NCBI RefSeq assembly: GCF_006345805.1
Contig: NC_043006.1
Location: 77,996,001 to 78,060,000 of the forward strand
Length of the DNA stretch: 64,000 bases
Direction: 5' to 3'
Source of the DNA: Octopus sinensis
Taxonomy: Eukaryota
How positions within the stretch are numbered: position 1 is the first letter of the stretch; every line of letters starts with the position of its first letter. Position numbers and translations under genes: made by a program. Positions 54,923 through 64,000 of this stretch are shown here, in pieces. The notes beneath the pieces were generated by a model, which was given only the letters and a program-made list of their open reading frames with translations, did not search any database and had not been told where the DNA came from.

Positions 54923-55779
54923 CACATACATATACATATATATACACATCCATATACACATACACACATACACACATACACACACATACATATATACATT
55001 TACACACACATCTACACATATATATATACACATACACATACACACACATATACATATACATACATATATACATATACATATATAATATATATATATACAT
55101 ATGTATATATACACACATATATATATATACACATACATATACACACAAGCACATACATATATAGATAGATATATATATAATATAGATAATAAATGTATAT
55201 GTGCATATATGCATACATATAAGTATATAGTTACATATATATATGTATATGCACATGGATATATGGACACAGGACATCACTGAACGTGAAGTACGAAATA
55301 CGAAAACATGGAATACGAAATTTCTTTGCGAACAACGAAAGACACAAATCGAAAAGAAGATAAGCAACATATAAAAACGACCCTTCATCAGTTGTCGGTT
55401 GTTTTTCTACTCCAATGAAGAAATCAATGGGATAATTATCCCCTTATACAGCACCTGCTCATGATTCTTTTTAAAATCATTTTATACCAACATTCACATC
55501 TATTTGGATTACTGCTATACATTCAGCATCCAAATATTTTAATAACTTCATTTATTTTAATACGGACATACAACCTCGCAAGTACATTTATATATTTATG
55601 TACTTATCAATTTTTATATTATATATTGTGTATATGAATTCACCTATGTATGTTGTGGTGTATTCCGACGCTTTGAAATATATTGAGTGAATATGGACAC
55701 TGACCTTTGAAATTTGTTCTCTCTTTCTCGGTTATATATATATACATATACATATATATATATAGAGAGAGAGAATGAA

Positions 55780-55817
<38 letters not shown>

Positions 55818-55844
55818 GAAGAGTGAGAGAAAGAGAGAGAGAGG

Positions 55845-56580
55845 GTGCGGTGAATAAATTAACAGATTTATTTATCAAAATTACATAATATCTTGAAATA
55901 CTAAAGAGTAAATTTGTTTAATAAAATCGCCATTGGCTTCAACTACGGTCTCCAGACGACTTCGGAAACTTCTGCTGCCCTTCTGGGACGATCTCCTTGT
56001 TTAAGTTGGTGAATGCTGTCATAATCCTTGCCTTCAGTTCGTCGTTGGTGTTACGAGGAGTTTTGTTTGTCTCCTGCTCAACAGCACTCCACCCATAATA
56101 ATCAAGAGGGTTGCAGTCTGGGGAGTTAGGTGGCCAGATGTTACGGGTAATGTGGTCGCAGAAATTGTCTGATAGAAATTGTCTTGCGTGGCATGGTGCA
56201 GAGTCCTGTAACCAGACATAGAGTTTTCCATCAGCCACACTCTTCACTCAGAGCAGTTCTAACTCCTCCAGGCACTTTATGTAGGCCTCCTTGTTGAATG
56301 TGAGGCCATCACTAGTGATCACTCCAAACACCATGATTTTGATTGGATGTTTGATTTTTATCACTTTCGGTACATGGCACCAGATTGCACTGTCCTCAGA
56401 TTGACACCGAAGTACTCTGAAATGTTCACGTTGGTGCTCCCGGTGCCAATGCCAAGCAGTAGAGCATATCGTTTCCACGTGTCTGGCAGAGTGATTTGCG
56501 TCATGTTACTGTTTTTCTCACAGACGGTGCTCAACTGACCCTCCGATACTGTGCTGTCTACAAAATCAAAAACAAACAAT
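55845..56580 (-). mobile_element. Internally deleted maT (DD37D)-like Tc1/mariner element
   Basis: IMVFGVITSDG, YVWLQDSAPCH, IWPPNSPDCNPLDYYGW; D-to-D spacing is 33 in this copy (a short deletion is inferred); only one terminus recognisable. Confidence 0.8.
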
Positions 56581-57703
56581 ATATATATATTTATATATGT
56601 ATGTATGTAATAATATAAATAATATATATATGCCTATAAGAACATAAATTCTACACCTCTATTGTCTTTGACTCAATGTTTCTCTTCTCTCCTGTTATTA
56701 TTGAATCCAGTTCTTTTGTCGCTCTTCAAACGCCTTCATTTTCTAACAACAATTTGACTATATTTGTTCTTGCATTAAAGACATTTGTCTCATATCTTTT
56801 CTCTTTGAAGTCATCACCCGCTGTAACATAACTGCTTACAGCATCCAATAATGATGCTATCCAATTATGTTATAGATGCAGAAACCTAATCTTTAACCAC
56901 TCGTAACTTACTGCATTATCTAATTTCATTCTGTAGCCGATAACTGAGTGGCAGACTGATAATTCAATCACTCTTGTCTGCTAAATCCAGCATCACATGC
57001 AATTTGCTCCTGATCTATCAGAAACAAACAAGCTGGGAACCAGTTCCCTTTTGAACACCTTCAAACTTCAAAACGCATCTCTATATCGTCCAAGAGGTCT
57101 GTTATATCCATGCTAAAGCATATGAGACAAATAAGATTGCTTACTTTGAGAAACTCATTCATCTTAAAAAGAAGTATTGCAATACAACTCCTTCAAAAAT
57201 AACCACCTGTAACGCAGATAAGGACTTCATGCATCAGGAAACTGGGAAACTCAGTCGCCGATCTAATTCATTTGATTTGTTTTATTCATTCGATCCTCTT
57301 CCATACAGATATCTAGCAGCATTGCAGCATCCATTTTTCCCACTAATAATTCTGTTTTTCACTTAGCCTGTCTTTAACGCTTCCACCTCATTAGTAGAAG
57401 GAGTGAGAAGCAGATGGTTAGCGGATGAACGACTATATTTCCATACACAACAAAAGCTACGTTTTCACACATTTTGGAAAAAGTCAACCACTTTTCCGTG
57501 AAATACAAATAGCCGAGTTTTCTTTACGTTCCAAGTTTAATAACAACCGACGTTTACTTTGTTCTTCACACTTCATTAGCCGTTAAAATACTCTGTTAAT
57601 TTAGCGATCGCTCCCCATCCACGGTATGTGCTTTGGTATATTTTCTTATAAAAATATGCGCATTCCTGCATTTTCAACGTTAAATATCTTAATATAATCA
57701 ACC

Positions 57704-58045
57704 GTGGCTGTGTGGTAAGAAGCTTGTTCCCCAACCACATAGTTCGGAGTTCAGTCTCACTGCACGGCACCTTCGACAAGTGTCTTTTACTATAACCTCG
57801 GTCAACTAAAACCTTGTGAGTGGATTTGGTAGAAGGAAACTGGTATATATGTATGTGCGTATATATGTACGTGTGTGTGTGTGTTTATCTGTGTTTGTAC
57901 ACCCGCGCGCCATCGCTTGACAACATATACTAGTGTGTTTATGGTCCCGTAACTTAGCGGTCGGTATAAATATACGATAGAATAAGTACTAGGCTTACAA
58001 AAATAGGTACTGGGATTGATTTCTTCGAGTAAAGCCCTTCAAATG
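57704..58045 (+). mobile_element. SINE family A, diverged copy
   Basis: GTGGCTGTGTGGTAAGAAGC head; CCCGTAACTTAGCGG...GATAGAATAAGTACTAGGCTTAC body. Confidence 0.7.
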
Positions 58046-58444
58046 GCAGAAATAAGTAGAAGAATAAACAAAAACAAAAGATAGTTTTATATGGGAGATA
58101 ACTCCGATTTTGTTGCGGCAATTTTATATCCATGGGAAATAACTCCTGCTTACTTATATACATGTATGGTAGGAGTTATTTCCCATAAACTATCATTTAA
58201 CTTGTTCACTAACTAGCAATTTTAAATATTTACCGCAATAATTCTTTATATTAATTATTAGTTATTTGTATCACGCTTCATATTGCCTAGTAGTATGTTT
58301 AGCTCGTCATCAACTATCTAAATGTATTAGTTAATGTACATAACTATGTGTGTATGTATGTGTATTTATGTGTATTTATGTATGTATGTATGTGTGTATG
58401 TATGTATGTATGCATAGATAGAGACAGACAGATAGATAGAGAGG

Positions 58445-58491
<47 letters not shown>

Positions 58492-58660
58492 GTAAATAGA
58501 TAGATAGAGAGGTAGATAGATAGGCAGCGATAATATATGTAGATTAATTTATTGTAGCTTATGTATGATTGTGAATATCTCTTGTCCAATGTCTATCTAT
58601 CTATATTTCTATCTACCTACCTACCTATTTGTTTATCTATCTATCTATCTACCTATTTGT

Positions 58661-58743
<83 letters not shown>

Positions 58744-59457
58744 CCTCTCTATCTATCTATCCTTCTATCTATCTATCTATCTACTTATCTATCCATCTAT
58801 TTATTTACATATCCATCTGGCATGTATGAATGACGAAGCCACCTTGGGCATAATCCTATGAACCCGGAGAAATTTTAAACAGAGTTACTTACTTGCAAAT
58901 AAATGCGTTAACATGTGACATTATTGACCGAGGTTACCGTGGTCTTTTCCGTAGGCTTTTCTTTCCACGGATAAACCTTATCTGCTTCCCCCTTTACACT
59001 TTACATCATGACATTTCTGTGATACAAGATCGGTTTTTTTCTCTCTTTTTACAATCTCTTTTGATCGAAAACCTACCCCCTTTTTATTTTTATTTTTATT
59101 TATTTTTTTCTCTCCCCAAAGAAAAGCTCTATTTTGCAATTTATCCCTTTTGTGTTCAGACCTGTGTGGCTAATAAAGAAACATATCTGTTTATTTATTT
59201 ATCTATTTACCTATCTATCTATCAATCAATCCCTCTAAAGGTCTATCTACACACAAGTGCGTATGTTTGCGTGTGCCTGCGGGGGCAAGCGAACGCATGC
59301 GGATGCACGCGGGTATATTGATTTCTGTGGCGAGGTGGGAGGTAATTATTTTTATATTAATACATACATGAATTAATATTTCTGCCTATTTGCATAGCTT
59401 TAATAAAACGATATATTTACGTATTGTGTCTGCATAAACTTTTGTACAGTGCTATGC

Positions 59458-59488
<31 letters not shown>

Positions 59489-59511
59489 AGTGTGTGTGTG
59501 TGTGCGCGCGC

Positions 59512-59559
<48 letters not shown>

Positions 59560-59833
59560 CTTTATAGTTTGCTATTTCTTTATCCTAAATTACTATTGAT
59601 AGACAAGAGAACGCGCTGTCAGCTGTTGACAAGCTCGACCCAATTATGACTTTTGTGAAAACAGCTCTCAAAGAAACGCTTCGTTGCAATTAACAGACCC
59701 TTTCTATTTCTTGCTCTTTGGTGGTTTCAGAATGTCGAAAAGGCCGCTAGTAGAGAATAGCTAATATTCAATATGCTTTACGATACGCTCATACATATAT
59801 ATATACAGAGAGAGAGAGAGAGGGGGGGGAGAG

Positions 59834-59909
<76 letters not shown>

Positions 59910-59920
59910 TTATGTATGTG

Positions 59921-59953
<33 letters not shown>

Positions 59954-60210
59954 CAGTAATGCAATACAAAGTATTGCCTCCCAGTAAAAAGTAGCCCGTG
60001 AGGGAAAAATACACAAATTAGTAAATAAATGGCACAACTAAGTACCGATATTTACTGGAAATAGCGAACGTAAAAATACGACGCTAATGTGTAGCTTCAC
60101 CGCGTATGTATTAGTAAAAATGCTTGTGTGCAACAAAATAGAGAAAAAAAAAAACGTCTTACCTCCAGGGAGAACATCTGAAAGATGAAACACCCGGAAA
60201 ATGGATAATG

Positions 60211-60280
60211 TGGTACCTGCAGGTTTCAGGTTTTGCAAGATATGTCTCTCACCCACATTTTGCTTTACCTTCTTCAGCCA
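60211..60280 (-). ncRNA. Type I hammerhead ribozyme motif, left arm
   Basis: Exact reverse complement of the 60476-60545 motif. Confidence 0.8.
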
Positions 60281-60475
60281 AACATATACCAAGACGAAAT
60301 CTACGATGCTACCACATTAATACTAACACACTCGACTGAAATACGGAACGCTAACAGTACGAGAAACGGTGAAGAAGTTTCAAAATATCAGTAAAGAAGG
60401 TAAAGCGTTCCGTATTTCAGTCGAGTGTGTTAGTATTAATGTGGTAGCATCGTAGATTTCGTCTTGGTATATGTT

Positions 60476-60545
60476 TGGCTGAAGAAGGTAAAGCAAAATG
60501 TGGGTGAGAGACATATCTTGCAAAACCTGAAACCTGCAGGTACCA
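60476..60545 (+). ncRNA. Type I hammerhead ribozyme motif, right arm
   Basis: TGG-CTGAAGA (60479-60485), stem II AGGT/ACCT extended by GCAA/TTGC and ATGT/ACAT, GAA, palindromic stem III ACCTGCAGGT (60532-60541), A at 60542, CCA. Confidence 0.8.
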
Positions 60546-60740
60546 CATTATCCATTTTCCGGGTGTTTCATCTTTCAGATGTTCTCCCTGGAGGTAAGAC
60601 GGTTTTTTTTTCTCTATTTTGTTGCACACACGCATTTTTACTAATACATACGCGGTGAAGCTACACATTAGCGTCGTATTTTTACGTTCGCTATTTCCAG
60701 TAAATATCGGTACTTAGTTGTTGCCATTTATTTACTAATT

Positions 60741-60795
<55 letters not shown>

Positions 60796-60993
60796 TTATA
60801 TATATATATATATATATGTATGTATATATGTATTATGTATGTATATCTATATATATATATATATATAATATATGAGAGGTTTTCTTTAAGTATTAAATAG
60901 TTTTAAAAAAGTTTTTTAGCTGCTATTTCTAATGAGTTCAGTATGCGGCAAAGTAATTTATTTTACTAAGCCCTTTTATATAATGTAATTATA

Positions 60994-61067
<74 letters not shown>

Positions 61068-61081
61068 TATACATATACTAT

Positions 61082-61215
61082 ATGCGACAGGCTTCTTTCA
61101 GTTTCTGTCTACTCATAAGACTTTGGTCGGCCCGAGTCTATAGTAGAAGACTCTTGCCCAAGGTGCGACGCAGGGGGACTGAACCCGGAACCATGTGGTT
61201 TGTAAGCAAGCTACT
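61082..61215 (-). mobile_element. SINE family A, head fragment
   Basis: CTTCTTTCAGTTTC...GGGACTGAACCCGGAACCATGTGGTTTGTAAGCAAGCTACT. Confidence 0.7.
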
Positions 61216-61559
61216 TTTATTCATTAAATTTGCCATGCAGGCAGCACATAGATAAGGTAGCTTTGCGCGCTGGACACAGACATTGGTGAGGCGAATGATT
61301 ATGATACAAAAATGATAAGGATGGGAGAAGACAGAAAGCGCCCGCCGACCCTCCGCTTCTCTATAACATTGTTCTTTTAAAACATATATGCAGAGGTATT
61401 AACCCTCTTACAATTTAAAATACAATATATTTGAATTCCAGTGGATCTCTTCAGCGATGGAAGCAGCAATAAATATTCTTTCTGTCTATACAAATAAAGT
61501 TTTAAATGGCTGGCCATCCCAACGAACGTTTTACCCATTTCGCTCGAGAAATTTTACCC

Positions 61560-62400
61560 CATAGATGCATGTCGATATCGGCGACAAAATTCAATCAATA
61601 TTGAATACCAGAAACCGTAGTTGACGAAAATCCAAAGCAAGCTACGCATAAATTAGCAAAACAGTTCACTTGAAGTGAAGCTACAATCTTAAAACTCCTT
61701 CACGGCTAGAAAAAGATTCTAAACTAGCTCGATGATCCTTCATCATCTGAGAGCTTCTCTTTTTAATCGAAGAGTTGTTTTCTGTTCGTTATTGAAGTGT
61801 AGGCTTATTACCGAAATTTCCCTAGATAAAATCGCCATGTGATGGAAAGTGTATTCTTTATAATCGTATCTATAAAACGACAATGGTTAGGACCCGATGA
61901 AAGTTGATTAGCCATTCCCAATCAAGGGTGCACTCACAAAATGTTATGCTCTGTGCTGGCGGTGTTTGAAAGACGTCGTCTATCATGAGGTGTTAAACCA
62001 AAGCAAAAGAGTTTATGAAAAGTGGTACAGTCGCGAATTGCAGACATAGCACAAAATTTTGTAGAGAAGGCGCCAATCATTGTTCAACAAGTTTCCCATG
62101 CAGGACAATGCGGATCCACACCTAAGTCATTCAGAAAAATACTACGACACGAAATATGGAAAGTTTGTCTCATCCTCTTTGCTTTCCTGGCCTCGATCCA
62201 TCTGATTATCATCTTTTCAGATCATTGCAACATTAGTTAAAATGAAAAATCAGTTTATTGATTGCGGTGGGGTTAAAAACGATATCACGCGTCTTCTTTA
62301 CCCTGAAACCTAGAGAATTTTACGCCCGGGGAATCAACAAACAGCCAAATAGATGGGGTTCTGCAATGAATAATGGCGGGAAATATTATCTTCATCAATT
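61560..62400 (+). mobile_element. Highly degenerate mariner transposase
   Basis: VVDENPKQATHKLAKQF, KRQWLGPDE, MQDNA, PSDYHLFRSLQH and [16 protein letters not shown]...RW in broken frames. Confidence 0.75.
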
Positions 62401-62529
62401 ACATCAATTAAGATGAATGACGCATTTGTTTCTTTTTCCCCCATATTGAAATACGACAGGACATTCTTTCTCTTAGGTTTGTATATATATATATATATGA
62501 ATGTATATATATAAATATATATGTATATA

Positions 62530-62571
<42 letters not shown>

Positions 62572-62999
62572 ATATATATGTATGTATGTATGTATATATA
62601 CATACACATATATATTTTTATACATATATGTATATATGTATACGTAGATGTATCTTTGAATACATAAAAACACGCATATTTTCACACTCACATAATTACA
62701 TAAATACAGGAGAGACTCATTAATTGTATCCCCGAAAAAATGTATAATGTTAAAACAGTGTATCATTGAAGCCATTCATTATAGCATGCCCCGAGGTGGT
62801 CATTGATAAATAATCCTTTATTCTTTCCATTTTATCAAAAGTGCTCTTCCACGTATGTAAACAGTACACCGATATGTAACACTTTGGGTCTTTGTATAAA
62901 ATTTGAAAGTGATACAAACAGGAAGCTTATCCTTAGGATGCTGAATAGGCGACATTTATGAGGGAGGTTCAAATATTCACTATTCTGAAGGGTTGGTTC

Positions 63000-63210
63000 A
63001 TTCTTTTCCTTGTTTCAGTCATTTGATTGTGGCCATGCTGGATCACCGGCTTTAGTCAAATAAATCGACCCCAAGACATATTCTTTGTAAGCCCAGTACG
63101 TATTCTATCGGGCTTTTTTGCCGAACCGCTAAGTTACGGGGACTTAAATACACCAGCATCATTCAAGCGATGTTAGGGAGATAGACACAGACACACAAAT
63201 ACGCACGCAC

Positions 63211-63246
<36 letters not shown>

Positions 63247-63480
63247 ACACACATATATATGACGGGCTTCGTTCAGTTTCCGTCTAACAAATCAACTCAC
63301 AAGGCTTTGGTCGGCCCGAGGCTATAGTAGAAGACACTTGCCCAAGGTGCTATGCAAGGGGACTGAACGCGAAACCATGTGGTTGGTAAGCGAGCTACTT
63401 GCAACACAGCCACTCCTGCGCCTAAACCCGGAACCATGTGGTTTGTAAGCAAGCTACTTACCACACAGTTATTCCTGGTG
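63000..63480 (-). mobile_element. SINE family A copy with a tandemly duplicated head segment
   Basis: Full body at 63000-63420; 63424-63480 repeats 63365-63420. Confidence 0.75.
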
Positions 63481-64000
63481 CATACTTTATACGTAAGTAG
63501 GATGTAGTGCAAGAAGCATTCCTTGATATTTGCAAATACTACGCCTTTCCCTTATGGAAAGAATTTATTTGTCTTTCTAAGTTGGTGTAAATGAACTAAG
63601 GAGTGTTTCTGACGGTTCTCTTTTTAGGGACAATGTTTATCCCATAGGGAATGTCAAGATCACGTACTGGTTACGCCTGTTACTAGACATGAAGGTAGAA
63701 GAAAGTAAATGTGTGAGATACAAAGAAAGCGGTGGTAATATTTTATTGACAGAAAATATCAGTGAGATCTAAGAAATTTTAAACGCAAGAGATGTAGGAT
63801 TGATGGAGCCCCCAGACAACCAACTCATGTCAAAGGTTCAGCATTTTCCCTGGGTCCATCGCAATGACTTTCATTTTGTTGAGGTTCCCAATGAGAAGGG
63901 GAAACGGTTAAGATAATACAAATGGATTAGAAACATTTTCTTTTCCATAGATGTGTAATTTACCCGGAGGTAATGAGAATAAAACTAAATCAATTACAAT

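Larger units (their letters stand above)
60009..60747. repeat. Near-perfect foldback: 344-bp arms and 51-bp spacer
   Basis: 60009-60352 is the reverse complement of 60404-60747, with only a handful of differences by eye. Confidence 0.95.

Noticed and set aside
55385-55400. Minus-strand CTGATGA core
   Set aside because: No stem II plus GAAA at a workable distance.

Overview
AT-rich, microsatellite-saturated animal genomic DNA. The repeat landscape resembles that of octopods; this is inference from pattern recall, not a database hit. No host protein-coding gene can be named: almost every listed ORF is a translated microsatellite, and only one short exon candidate (26891-26978) has good splice signals. 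The window is mostly mobile-element material: three tRNA-derived SINE families (here called A, B and C), a full-length but disabled mariner with TIRs and TA duplication, two further Tc1/mariner-superfamily remnants of maT type and one more mariner remnant, a Ty3/gypsy pol relic, CR1/Jockey-like and RTE LINE relics, a Penelope-like RT relic, a Helitron-like non-autonomous element, and a co-oriented cluster of R4/Dong-like LINE 3' ends in (TAA)n arrays. Two observations stand out. (1) Seven type I hammerhead-ribozyme motifs from five unrelated sequence families, four of them arranged as outward-pointing inverted pairs, including a near-perfect 739-bp foldback with an intact-looking ribozyme on each strand. 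(2) A ~560-bp non-coding element present four times, always inside (TAA)n and co-oriented with R4/Dong-like LINE ends, which is a candidate non-autonomous partner of those LINEs.
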